Source: Squalus acanthias
Taxonomy: Eukaryota
Reading direction: 5' to 3'
Length of the DNA stretch: 64,000 nt
NCBI GenBank assembly: GCA_030390025.1
Contig: CM059441.1
Coordinates: 53,258,001 to 53,322,000, forward strand
Below are positions 23,026 to 35,657 of this stretch, one piece after another. Both the position numbers and the translations under genes were made by a program. A model generated the notes under the pieces. That model was not told where the DNA came from, ran no database searches, and saw only the letters and a program-made list of their open reading frames with translations. How positions within the stretch are numbered: the stretch's first letter is position 1; each line of letters starts with the position of its first letter.

Positions 23026-24859
23026 AGCAAAACGAAACAGTCTGAGCTTCAGATCACATTCAGACTGAAGGTCAACCCAGCAGCTTGCTAAAGGTCTCCT
23101 GTTGGAGTGGTTGCCCTCTCTGAAATGCAAATCAAATCATTTGTTTATCTCTGTAGAACTTCGCCGTGAAATTCTCCATATTCCTCGGTTTCTTCTACTA
23201 ATGAGACTGATTTGGGATTGTGGAGAATCCACCGAAATCTATAATAATCAGACACACAAACCCCAGTCCAAACACAACACTATCAATACCCGCACAAATA
23301 TTCATCTGAGGTCCTTTGAAACGGCCCCTTTAGGTCTTCGAGAGGAGAAAGAAAAACTTTAAGTAGATATTTCAGCTGGTTATCGCTGTCATTTTCTAAC
23401 ATGATATAAAGGCCACTGTACAATAGGTGTGAATGGTTCAGGTCAGTTTTTGTCTGTGTGTTTAACGGCTTGTTTAACATTCGTTTAAAGACCTTGCAGT
23501 CTGTGACTGACAGTAAACGCTGTAAACCACACGCACTCTCAGTTAATACACTGATTGTAATCAGGATGTAGAAAGAGTTTTAAAAGGGCAACACACTAGG
23601 TTTAAAATGTAAAATATTACAGTGCTCAGACATAATGGAAGAACTCTCTTCGAGACTATTGAGCTGTCTACATTTAATATGATATTTATATCCAGGATTA
23701 AAAGGATGATAAAAACAGAAAATGCTGGAAGTACTCAGCAGGTCAGGCAGCAGCTGTGGAATGACAAACAGAGTTAACGTTTCAAGTCGACGCCCTCCGC
23801 CAATTTTCCTGGCACTAACCATCTCCTTTTCACCATGGACATCCAGTCCCTCTACACCTCCACCCCCCACCAGGATGGCCTAAGGACCCTCTGCTTCTTC
23901 CTAAAGCAGAGACCCAAGCATTCTCCATCCACCGCCACCCTTACATTGCACAACTTCTCATTTGACTCCACTCACTTCCTGCAAATAAAAGGTGTTCCTA
24001 TGGGAAACCGTATAGGCCCGAGCTATGCCTGCCTTTTCCTGGGACACGTGGAACATTCGTTGTTTCAGTTCTAGTCAGGACCCCTCCCTCACCTCTATTT
24101 CCGGTATATTGATGACAGTATTGGTGCCACTTCCTGCTCTGCCCCGAACTGGAAAATTGCATCATCTTTGCTTCCAATTTCCACCTCTTCCTCGCCTTCA
24201 TCTGCTTCATCTCCGACTCTTCCCTTCCCTACCTCGACCTCTCTATCTCCATTTCTGGGGATAGGCTGTTGACCAATATCGTCTATAAGCACACTGAGTC
24301 CCACAGCTACCTTGATTTCACTTCCTCCCATCCCGCTTCCTGTAAGGACTATATTCCACTCTCCCAGTTTCTCCATCTCTGTCGCATCTATTCTGAAGAT
24401 GGCACCTTCCATACCATTGCTTCTGATATGTCTTCCTTTTTCCTCAACCGAGGATTCCCCTCCACCGTGGTTGTCAGAGCCCTCGACCGTGTCCATCCCA
24501 TTAATTGCACTTGTGATCTCTCCCCTTACCCTCCCTCCCAGAGCCATGAAAGGGTTCCCCTTGTCTTCACCTTCAACCCCACCAGCCTCCACATGCAACG
24601 GATCATCCTCTGCCATTTCTGCTACCTCCAGTGTGATGTGACCACCAAACAGATCTTCCCCTCTCCTCCCCTTTCATCATTACAAAGGGACTGTTCCCTC
24701 TGCCACACCCTGGTCCAATCTTCAATCACCTACAACATCCCCTCCCCATCCCACGGCACATTCCCGTGCAAACGCAGGACATGAAACACCTGCTCTTTTA
24801 CCTCCTCCATTCCCACCATCCAGGGCCCCAAATACACCTTTCAGGTGAAACAGCGATTT

Positions 24860-25362
24860 ATAGAATCATAGAATATTACAGCACAGAAGACGGCCATTTG
24901 GACCATCGTGTCTGCGTCTGCTCTTTTGAAGAGAAATCCAGTTAGTCTCACTCCCCCGCTCTTGCCCCATATCCCTGCACTTATTCTCCCCTTCAAGTAT
25001 GTATCACATTCCGATTTGAAGGCTACTGTAGAATCTCTATCCACCAGCCTATCAGGAAGTGCATTCCAAATCCTAACCATTCGTTGCGTAAAAAGGTTTT
25101 GCCTCATGTCACCCCTGATTCTTTTGCCAATCAGCTTAAATCTGTGACCTCTGGTTATCGATAGTTCTGCCATTGGAAATGGTTTCTCTTCATTTACACT
25201 CTCTATACTCCTCTCAGCCTTCTCTGCTCGAAGTAGAACAACCCAAGATTCTCCAGTCTTTCCACGTAACTTTAATCCCTCAGCCCTGTCTCCATTCTAG
25301 TAACTCTCTCCTGTACCCTCTCTAAAGCCTTCACATCCTTCCTAAATTGTGGTGCCTAGAAT
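24860..25362 (-). mobile_element. CR1 3' fragment nested in Penelope
   Basis: ORF 24841-25173 LFTQRMVRIWNALP. Confidence 0.85.
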
Positions 25363-25933
25363 TTACTTTTACTTTTTTCAATTTAGTATACTGTATTTTT
25401 TGCTCACGATGCTGACTGCTCTACATTAGGGAGACCAAACGCAGATTGGGTCATCGCTTTGTGGAACACTTCCATTCAGTCCGCAAGCTTGATCCTGAGC
25501 TTCTAGTCACCTGATATCTTAATTTTCCGCACCAATTCCATTCTGACCTCACTGTCCTCGGACTCCGACACTGTTCCAATGAAGCTCAACGGAAGCACGA
25601 GGAACAGCACCTCATCTTTCGATTCAGCACTTTAGAGCCTTCAGGACTCAACACTCAGTTCAACGTTTTCAGATCATAACCACTGCTCCCATTTTTTTGC
25701 ACAGCAGTTGCTGGTAATGAATCTGCTTTTTTCATTCTCAGCTCATCTAGACCCATCTTTTGTTTCTTTACTTGTCCCATTATGACGCCCTTTTGCCTCG
25801 CACCATCATCCAATTTGTCATTTAATCACTCCTGCTTTCCACCCTATCACAGACCTTCCCTTTTGTTCTTTCCTCCCCTCTCCCTGTCCTTGTCTCTGTA
25901 CTTGTTTAAAAACTGTTACATGTATACCATTTT

Positions 25934-25976
25934 CTAGCTCTGATGAAGGGTCATTGATCTGAAACGTTAACTCTGT
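25934..25976 (+). ncRNA. Minimal type-I hammerhead ribozyme motif in the Penelope terminal repeat
   Basis: AGCT-CTGATGA(25940-25946)-AGGGTCA T TGATCT (helix II)-GAAA(25961-25964)-CGTT-AACT; palindromic AACGTT helix III as described for Penelope-associated minimal hammerheads. Confidence 0.65.
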
Positions 25977-27034
25977 TTCTCTCTCCACAGATGATGCCTG
26001 AGGGTCGATGAGTGTGGTGCGTTTGATGTAGTCTATATGGATTATAGCAAGGCTTTTGATTATGTTCCGCATAGCAGACTGTTCACGAAAGTAAAAGCCC
26101 ATGGGATCCAAGGCAATGTGGCAAGTTGGATCTGAAATTGGCTCAGAGGCAGGAAACAAAGAGTAATGAACGAAGGGTGTTTTTGTCACTGGAAGGTTGT
26201 TTCCAGTGGGGTTCCGCAGGGCTCAGTACTGGGTCCTTTGCTTTTTGTGGTATATATCAATCATTTGGACTTGAACGTAGGAAGTATGATGTAGAAGTTT
26301 GCAGAAGATACAAAAATTGGCCGTTTGGTTGATAATGAAGAAGAAAGCTGCAGACTGCAGGAAGATATCAATGGACTGGTCAGGTGGGCAGAACAGTGGC
26401 AAATGGAATTCAATCTGGAGAAATGTGAGGTAATGCATTTGGGGAGGGCTCACAAGGCAAGGGAATACACAATAAATGGTAGGACACTGAGAAGTGCAGA
26501 GGATCAGAGGGACATTGGAGTGCATGTCCACAGATCCCTGAAGGTAGCGGGACCAGTAGATAATTGGTTAAGAAGGCATACGGGATTTTTGCCTTTATTC
26601 GCCAAGGCAAAGAATATAAGAGCAGGGAGGTTATGCTTGAACTGTATAAAGCACTAGGTAGGCCGCAGCAACAATACTGTTGCAATTCTGGTCACCACAT
26701 TACAGGAAGGATGTGATTGCACCAGTGAGGGTGCAGAGGAGATTTACGAGCATGTTGCCTGGGCTGCGGAATTTTAGCAATGAAAAAAGATTGGATAGGC
26801 TGGGGTTGTTTTCTTTGGAACAAAGGAGGCTGAGGGGAGACCTAATTGAGTTGTATATAATTATATGGGTCCATGATAGAATGGATAGGAAGGACCTATA
26901 TCCCTTAGCAGAGGGATCGATAACCAGTGGGGCATAGATTTGAAGTAATTGGTAGGAAGTTTAGAGGGGATTTGAGGAGAAATGTTTTCACCCAGAGGGT
27001 GGTAGCGGTCTAGAACTCACTGCCTCAATGGGTT

Positions 27035-28532
27035 ATTTTTTATTCACTTATGGGATCTGGGCGTCGCTGGCAAGGCCAGCATTTATTGCCCATCCCTAGT
27101 TGCCCTTTAGGAGGTGGTGCTGAACCGCCTTCTTGAACCGCTGCAGTCCATGTGGTGAAGGTACTCCCACAGTGCTGTTAGGTAGGGAGTTCCAGGAGTT
27201 TGACCCAGCGACGATGAAGGATTGGCGATATACTTCTAAGTTAGAATGGTGTGTGACTTGGAGGGGAACTTGGTGGTGGCATTCCCATGCACGTGCTGCC
27301 CTTGTCCTAGGTGGAAGAGGGCGTGTGTTTGGGAGGTGCTGCCGAAGAAGCCTTGGCGAGTTGCTGCAGTGCATCTTTTAGATGGTACACACTGCAGCCA
27401 CGGTATGCTGGTGGTGGAGGGAGTCAATGTTTAAGGTGGTGGATGGGGTGTCAATCAAACGGGCTGCTTTGTCCTGGATAGTGTCGAGCTTCTTGAGTTG
27501 GAGCTGCACTCATCCAGGCAAGTGGAGAGTATTCCATCACACTCCTTACTTCTATGATAGCAAAATGCTGCGGATGCTGGAAATCTGAAATAACAACAGA
27601 AAACGTTGGAAAAACTCAGCAGGCCAGGCAGCATCCGTGGAGAGAGAAACAGAGTTAACGTTTCAGGTTGAAGACATTTCGACACTCCTTACTTCTGCCT
27701 TGTAGATGGTGGAAAGGCTTTGGGGAGTCAGGACGTGAGACACTCGCCACAGAATACCCAGCCTCTGACCTGCTCTTGTTGTATTTATGTGGCTGGTCCA
27801 GTTAGGTTTCTGGTCAATGGTAACCCCCAGGATGTTGATGGTGGGGGATTCGGTGATGGTATTGCCATTGAATGTGCAGACGTCAGCGAACATCCCCATT
27901 TCTGACCTTATGTTGGAGCGAAGTTCATTGATGAAGCAGCTGAAGCAGATTGGGCCTAGGACATTGCCCTGAGGAACTCCTGCAGCGATGTCCTGGGGCT
28001 GTGATGATTGACTTTCAATCACCACAACCATCTTCCTTTGTGCTAGGTACGACTCCAGCCAGTGGAGCGTTTTCCCCCTGATTCCCATTGACTTCAGTTT
28101 TCCTAGGGCTCCTTGATGCCACACTCGGTCAAATGCTGCCTTGATGTCAAGGGCAGTCACTCTCACCTCACCTCTGGAATTCCGCTCCTTTGTCCATGTT
28201 TGGACCAAGGCTGTAATGAGGTCGGGAGCCGAGTGGTCTTGGTGGAACCCAGACTGACATCAGTGAGCAGGTTATTGGTGATTAGATGCCGCTTGATAGC
28301 ACTGTCGATGACACCTTCCATCACTTTGCTGATGATTGGGTGAAGACTGATGGGGCGGTAATTGGCCGGGTTTGATTTGTCCTGTTTTTTGTGGACAGGA
28401 CATACCTGGGCAGTTTTCCACAATGTCGGATAGATGCCAGTGTTGTAGCTGTACTGGAACAGCTTGGCCAGAGGTGCGGCTAGTTCTGTAGCACAAGTCT
28501 TCAGCACGATTGCCGGGATGTTGTCGGGGCCC
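27035..28532 (-). mobile_element. CR1/Jockey-group LINE (second lineage) nested in CR1
   Basis: MGPDNIP...NYRPISL, ALDIKAAFDRVWH and MFAD; TSD ATGGGTT at 27028-27034 and 28533-28539. Confidence 0.88.
27554..27681 (-). mobile_element. 128-bp Penelope 3'-terminus-only insertion
   Basis: TSD ACACTCCTTACTTCT at 27539-27553 and 27682-27696; matches the Penelope terminal repeat. Confidence 0.8.
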
Positions 28533-29354
28533 ATGGGTTGTAGAGGCAGAAACCATCAGCACATTTAAAAAGTACTTGGATATGCACTTGAACTGCCGTA
28601 ACCATCGCTGCTACGGACCAAGTGCTGGAAAGTGGGATTAGGCTGGATAGCTCTTTGTCGGCCGCCACGGATAAGATGGGCCGAATGGCCTCCTTCTGTG
28701 CTGTAAATTTCTGTGATATTATGATTCTATGACCTGCTGAGTGTTTCCAGCATTTTCTGTTTTTATTTCAGATTTCCAGAATCTGCAGCACTTTGCTTTT
28801 GTATTAAAAGGATGATGTTAAGCGAATACTTTAAAAGATTGAACATTGTTCTTTTTGCCCTATTGCCAGTGAGAAAGTCCCCTTTCCTTTCTAAACCCCC
28901 CTTGTAGCTGGAGTAGAATAATCCCCTTTGCCTTACAATGCCCGTTACATTTCAGGTGAGATTTCTGCCTGATCCCTGTGTCCCTCTAACTATATAATGT
29001 CTGTCCAGTACATTTCTGGTGAAATTTCATCCTCACCCTCTGGGTATTAATCTGACGGGTGGATCGCACGCCCTGTCCAGAACCCGGCTGATTATAATTC
29101 TACTGAAATAATGTAAATAATGAAATATTTAGTCATACACAGCAGCTTGTTATAGAATTTCACCCCTCAACAAAAACACACCCATTCCCCATCAATAATC
29201 GACTCAACAATTGAACTTAATCAGTAGATTTTGTTCAACGTCCGCACAAAGGTAGGGCTTGCAGTAAAATTCACTTCCGTTGATGCATCTCTTGGTAATT
29301 AAAGGATATTCAGCTGCCAAGGCTCTAAGCTCTGGAATGCCCTCCCTAAACCGC

Positions 29355-31850
29355 TTTTTTATTATACGTTTATGGGATGTAAGCGTCGCTGGCAAGGCCA
29401 GCGTTTATTGCCCATCCATAATTGCCCTTCATAAGGTGGTGGTGAGCCACCTTCTTGAACCGCTACAGTCCATGTGGTGAAGGTGCTCCCACAGTGCTGT
29501 TAGGTAGGGAGTTCCAGGATTTTGACACAGTAACAATGAAGGATCAGCGATATACTTCTAAGTCAGAATGGTGTGTGACTTGGAGGGGCACTTGGAGGTG
29601 GTGGTGTTACCATGCGCCTGCTGCCACTGTCCTTCTAGTTGGAAGAGGTCGCGGGTTTGGGAGGTGCTGCCGAAGAAGCCTTGGCGAGTTGCTGCAGTGC
29701 ATCTTGTAGATGGTACACACTGCAGCCACGGTTCGCTGGTGGTGGAGAGCGTGAATGTTTAAGGTGGGGGATGGAGTGCCAATCAAGCGGGCTGCTTTGT
29801 CCTGGATGGTGTCGAGCTTCTTGAGTGATTTTGGTGCTGCACTCATCCAGGCAAGTGGAGAGTATTCCATCACACTCTTTAATTGTGCCTTGTCGATGGT
29901 GGAAAGACTTTGGGGAGTCAGGAAGTGAGACACTCGCCACAGAATACCTTGCCTCTGACCAGCTTTTGTTGCCACAATATTGATGTGGCTGGTCCAGTTA
30001 AATTTCTGGTCAATGGTGACCCCTGGGATGTTGATGATGGGGGATTCGGCAATCGTAATGCCGTTGAAAGACAAGGGGCTGTGGTTAGACTCTTGCTTGG
30101 TGGAGATATTCATTGCCTGGCACTTGTGTAGCGTGACTGTTATCTGCCACTTATCAGCCCAAGCCTGAGCATCGTCCAGATCTTGTTGCATACGGGCATG
30201 GACTGCTTCATTAACTGAGGATTTGTGAATGGCACTGAACACTGCAGTCATCAGCGAACATCCCCATTTCTGACCTTATGTTGGAGGGAAGATCATTGAT
30301 GAAACAGCTGAAGATGGTTGTGCCCAGGACACTGTCGTGAGCAACTCCGGCAGCGAAGTCCTGGGGCTGTGATGATTGACCTTAAACCACCACAACCACT
30401 TTGCTTTGTGCTAGGTATCACTTCAACCAATGGAGAGTTTTCTCCCCGATTCCGATTGACTTCAGTTTTACTAGGGCTCCTTGATGTGACACTCTGTTAA
30501 ATGCTGCCTTGATGTCAAGGGCAGTCACTCTCACCTCACCTCTGGAATTCAGCTCCTTTGTCCATGTTTGGACCAAGGCTGTAATGAGGTGTGGAGCCGA
30601 GTGGTCTTGGCGGAATACAAACTGGGCATCAGCGGGTAAGGTATTTGGTGAGTAAGTGCCGCTTGTTATCACTGTCGATGACACCTTCCATCACTTTGTT
30701 GATGATTACGAGCAGACTGATTGGGCGGTAATTGGCTCGATTGAATTTGTCCTGCTTTTAGTGGACAGGATATACCTGGGCAGTTTTCCACATTGTCGGA
30801 TAGATGCCAGTGTTTCAGCTGTACTGCAACAGCTCAGCTACAGACGCGGAAAGTTCTGGAGCACAAGACTTCAGCACGACAGCTGGGATGTTGTCGGGGC
30901 CCATAGCCTTTGCTGTATCCAGTGTGCTCAGCCTTTTCTTGATATCACGTGGATTGAATCGAATTGGCTGAAGACTGGTTTCTGTGATGGTGGGGACCTC
31001 AGGAGGAGGCCGATATGTATCTTCCACTCAGCACTTCTGGCTGAAGATGGTTGCAAACGGTTCAGCATTGTCTTTTGCACTCGCGTGCTGGGCTCCACCA
31101 TCATTGAGGATGGGGATATTTATGGAACCTTCTCCTCCCTTTAGTTGTTTAATGGTATACCACTGGATGTGGCAGGACTGCCGAGCTTTGATCTGATCCG
31201 TTGATTGTGGGATCGCTTAGCCCTTTCTGTAGCTTGCTGTTCCACTTTTTACAATGCATGTAGTCCTGTGTTGCATCTTCCCCAGGTTGGCACCCTTTTT
31301 TCGGTACGGCTGGTGCTGCTCCTGGCATGCTCTTCTACACTCCTTAGTGTTGGTCCCCTGACTTGGTGGTAATGTTAACATGAGGTTACAGATTTTGGTG
31401 GAATACAATCCTGCTGCTGCTGAAGGCCCACAGTGCCTCACGGATGCCCAGTTTTGAGCTGCTAGATCTGTTCTGAATCTATCCCTTTTAGCATGGTGGT
31501 AGTGCCACACAACACGATGGAGGGTGTCCTCAGTGTGAAGACAGGACTTTGTGTCCACAATGACTGCGGTTGTCACTGCTACCAATACTGTCATGGACAG
31601 ATGCACCTGCGACAGAGAGATTGGTGAGGACGGGGTCAGGTGGGTTTTGCCCTCGTGTTGGTTCTCTCTCTACCTGTCGCAGGCCCTGACTGGCAACGAT
31701 GTCCTTCAGGAGTCGGGCAGCTCGGTCAGTAGTGGTGCTACCGAGCCACTCGTGGTGATGGACATTGAAGTCCCCCACCCAGAGTATGTTCTGTGCGCTT
31801 GTTACTCTCAGTGCTTCTTCCAAGTGGTGTTCAACATGGAGAGGGACTGA
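29355..31850 (-). mobile_element. CR1/Jockey-group LINE (second lineage), endonuclease end to 3' end
   Basis: LWVGDFNVHH..WLGS, PTRGQN..D.VLTN, AMGPDNIP and ALDIKAAF. Confidence 0.88.
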
Positions 31851-31852
31851 TG

Positions 31853-32517
31853 CGTGATAACCCGGAACTTGCGATCTGTCATGTTTCTCCTTGACAGATC
31901 GTACCCAGTCGCTACAAATTCACTTTCGGTGGCACAGATTTGGGCTATTTGCCCAACTACTGCCCAGTGAATACCCACCAAACCCTTACACCTGGTAAAA
32001 GTAGGCGTAAGACCTTTTACCAGCATGAGCATTTAAATAAATGTTAAATCAATTTTTTTAATGATTTAAACATTCATTTTCATTTAAAATTAGTTCAGGT
32101 TATTATTGTCCCGTTTAAAAATGTTTAAATTTATTATTCAAAAAATTAAATCTATTTTTAAATGTTTAATTAAAGGGTATTTTAATTAATTTTGAACCTG
32201 TGATTATTTATTTTTATTTCAGTGTTGTGAAGTTGTATTTATCAGGTGATTCCTATTCTGCTTGTGGGGATTCCGTCCGCAAATGGATCCCATTGAGCAC
32301 AATCAGAATCCAACCTTTGTCACTGGTTGGCCTGGCTAATTGATCCCAGGGACGCTTTCGAACCGCCTGCGCCCCTGGGATCCGTGGGTCTTCACTCAGG
32401 TGCAGGCCCAGGACCGCAAGAGTCCGAAGCTCCGGAGCCATCAGGTAAGTACGGAGGATTCTTGCGGTTTGGAGGTGTACGCGGGCGGCAAGACTCAGAC
32501 CGCAATTTCCAGGCCAT
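31853..32517. mobile_element. Non-coding interspersed repeat with AT-rich core (probable MITE), copy 1
   Basis: Homologous, in inverted orientation, to 45080-46040 and 52288-52997; ends CCGCAATTTCCAGGCC. Confidence 0.6.
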
Positions 32518-33289
32518 TTATCTCCTTATGTGGCTCGGTGTTAATTTTTGTTTGATAACGCTCCTGTGAAGCGCCATGGGACGTTTTACTATGTTATAGG
32601 CCCTGTATTGTTCTTGTTTTATTCCATTTATTGTTACAGGTCAATAGTATAATTCCGTTTGCCTAAACTGAAGATGAAACATGATCGCAAAACATTGGCG
32701 ACCTGTGGTGGATTCAGACTGTATTAAATGACAAGACTCACAGTTAGATTTCAGATGGATAGGCCCAGATAATCAGCGGGCCCCATTAGACACAGAAGAA
32801 TAACTAAATCTAATGATGAGACTCTACCGGACCTGTTCCCAGAATAGATACTTAGACAAGTATTTTTCATAAACCCTTTAATAAATGAGTGGACACCACA
32901 GGACTCACTGTTGGGAACTACATTCACAGTCATGCGCCTCTCAGTCTTTTCAACACAACAGGAAATATAGACGTTTCATTACTCGCTTATTGTATGGAGA
33001 AATAGATGTAATTAACCAGCATTATAAGTTGCGGTTATGTATTATCTAAGAAAAAAATTAACGTAATTATTTAGCCTTAATTAAACAATGCGAATCGACC
33101 ATATGTTTTACCAAAACAATATCTGAGTGGAACTGCCCATCGGCGAAACTCACGTAAGAGTATTTAGATAAACATGAACCTATTTAAACAGGAATAAAAA
33201 CAGCTCGACATACTGGTTTAACTATTGGAGCCTGAACTTCCCGGAGCTGCAGTTCCACCGTTCGAAGGTAGAACAGTGTATATGTGAGA

Positions 33290-33990
33290 AACAGTGAGCG
33301 GTGGGAGTGAGTGGGACTGGAGATTGACACAGAGAGGAGAATGAAAGCTTTGATCTAGAGCATGTAGTGACACTGTACTTTTATCAGAGGGATGGAGAGA
33401 GAGACAGACAGACAGGGACGGATAGATATAGAGAGACACAGGCAGAGAGAGAAATGCAGACAGAGACTCACACAGAGATGAGGAGAGTGAACGCAATTAA
33501 CTACAGCATGAGGCAGCCCTGTACAAGAATCAAAGGCATGAAGAGAACATTAGAGAGAAAGAGACAGAGAGAGAAAAATGTTAAAATGCAGAGAGAGCGA
33601 GAGAGACAGAGAGAACAGGAGAGATATAGAAACAGAGAGAGGAGAGTGAAACCAATGAACTGGAGCACGTGAGAAACCTGTACCCTAATCAGAGGAATAG
33701 AGAGATGGAGAGAGAGATGGAGAGAGAGATGGACAGAGAGACGGACAGATAGAGAGAGAGGATGCCAGTGAAAAAAATATACTGGAGTGGATGACAAACA
33801 GTACACCAATCAAACTAATGGAGAGAGAGAGAGACCACAAGACAATAGAAAGACGGAAACAGAGAATCTGGAGCAGGCAGGGTGATAAGGGGGGTAAAGG
33901 TGCAGGAGGATTTAATAAGATCAGGACAGAGTGGCACAACCGGTAGTGTCCGATTTCAGGGAAAGGTAAAAGAAGGAGACAGACTGGGAA
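33290..33990. repeat. GA-rich low-complexity tract
   Basis: Degenerate (GAGA/GACA)n. Confidence 0.8.
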
Positions 33991-33996
33991 AGCCAT

Positions 33997-34714
33997 TTCA
34001 TGGGTGTCCTTGTGCACCAGTCGCTGAAGGTAAGCATGCAGGTGCAGCAGGCGGTGAAGAAGGCAAATGATATGTTGGCCTTCATAGCGAAAGGGTTTGA
34101 GTATAGGAACAGGGATGTCCTGCTGCAGTTGTACAGGGCCTTGGTGAGACCACACCTTGAGTACTGTGTGCAGTTTTGGTCGCCTTATCTGAGGAAGGAT
34201 GTTCTTGCCATGGAAGGAGTTCAGCGAAGATTCACAAGGCTGATACCTGGGATGGCAGGAATGACATATGAGGAGCGATTGGGTCGATTGGGCTTATACT
34301 CGCTGGAGTATAGAAGAATGAGAGGGGATCTCATCGAAACATATAAAATTCTGACAGGTCTGGACAAACTAGATGCAGGAAGAATGTTACCGATGCTCGG
34401 AGAGTCCAGAACCAGGGGTCATAATCTAAGGATAAGGGGTAAGCCATTTAGGAGAGAAATGAGGAAGAATTTCTTCACCCAGAGAGTGGCGAACCTGTGG
34501 AATTCTCTACCACAGAAGGTAGTTGAGGCCAAGTCATTAAATATATTCAAGAATGAGTTAGATATAGTTCTTAAAGCTAAAGGTATGAAGGGATTTGGGG
34601 AGAAGGCAGGTACAGGGTACTGAGTTTGGATGATCAGCCATGATCTCATCGAATGGCGGAGCAGGCTCGAGGGGCCGAATGGTCTACTCCTGCTCCTATC
34701 TTCTATGTTTCTAT
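33997..34714 (+). mobile_element. CR1 3' fragment, little decayed
   Basis: Uninterrupted 207-aa ORF2 C-terminus (34000-34623) and TTCTATG tail. Confidence 0.93.
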
Positions 34715-35440
34715 GGGTTTTCTCTTCACGTGCATTTAATGCCATATGGCAGACATACACCGACATTAAAGTGTTTATGAGAAAAATAAACTGTGCTGGG
34801 CAGATCGAATGGGATGAGAGTGCGGCAGGAAAGTGGCAGAATCATACAGGTGTGCTGCATGTTCTACTTCATTGTTCTGAACTCCTAGACATGCAGTAGA
34901 AGCAGTCCCTCTGATCCATGTGCAAGATCCACGACCAAGTTACGATGCGGCTTTTGGGCAAATCTTATGTCTAAATGGAAAACTCTGAGACTCTGGGGAC
35001 AGCGCTGGAGGCATTACCTGCAGCCTGAAGAGTCCTCCCAGTGCTCTGTACTGGAAAACGGCCCCGGTCCGCTGGATAAACTCCAGTGGAACACTTGAAC
35101 ACAAGAGGTCCCGAACCCTTGGTTCTGTCAAAATGCATCGACAATCTCTGCAGTCAGGTCAATAGAGTCTGTTTGTCAAGGGGGGGCGTTTGTAATCCCT
35201 ATCTCGACCTGTGTTTACTTCTTGACACTAGTTTACTGGAACCATTGGTCTCTCAGTTGCCCCTCCGCCATTCTGCTCTGTGTCTCTGACACTCCAGCAC
35301 TGCAGTGTCCGGCTCCAAATGAGTCTGTTGGTGTCCTTACCTGTCACAGTGTCTCCAAATTTCTGAGGAGCCGGAATTCTTGTTTTATTCTCCCTCACTA
35401 CGTTCCCTTTCTTTGTATGGAGCTGTCCTAATTATCACAT

Positions 35441-35657
35441 TGTTGTGGCTGCCGCGGAGCACGAATTGAGGCCGAGTCAACATGTGAAACACATAGCTTT
35501 TAATCACAACTCTGGTCAAAATGGCTGCAGCCACATTTCTCTCCAAAACCCAGAGGCCCCGCCCACTGCTTTTCTCCTGCCTTAAAGGCAAGGTGTCCGA
35601 TTTATTGTCCAAGGACGGAAATGTGGATTGCGCCTGTCTAGGTGGCGATCCGCCACA
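35441..35657 (-). repeat. Gypsy 3' LTR
   Basis: About 95% identical by eye to 39430-39662; preceded on the minus strand by a short GGGGAG purine tract. Confidence 0.92.

Larger units (their letters stand above)
26002..28729 (+). mobile_element. CR1 LINE (RT to 3' end) interrupted at 27035-28532
   Basis: DVVYMDYSKAFD, GVPQGSVLGP, RWAEQWQMEFNLEKCEVMH; sequence resumes after TSD ATGGGTT. Confidence 0.88.
23711..28802 (+). mobile_element. Penelope-like element with inverted 5' terminus, RT and GIY-YIG remnants, carrying nested insertions
   Basis: TSD ATTAAAAGGATGAT (23697-23710 and 28803-28816); MDIQSLYT, QIKGVPMG..GPSYACLF, YIDD and LYIxETKRRLG; the terminal repeat is split between about 26000 and 28730. 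Confidence 0.85.
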
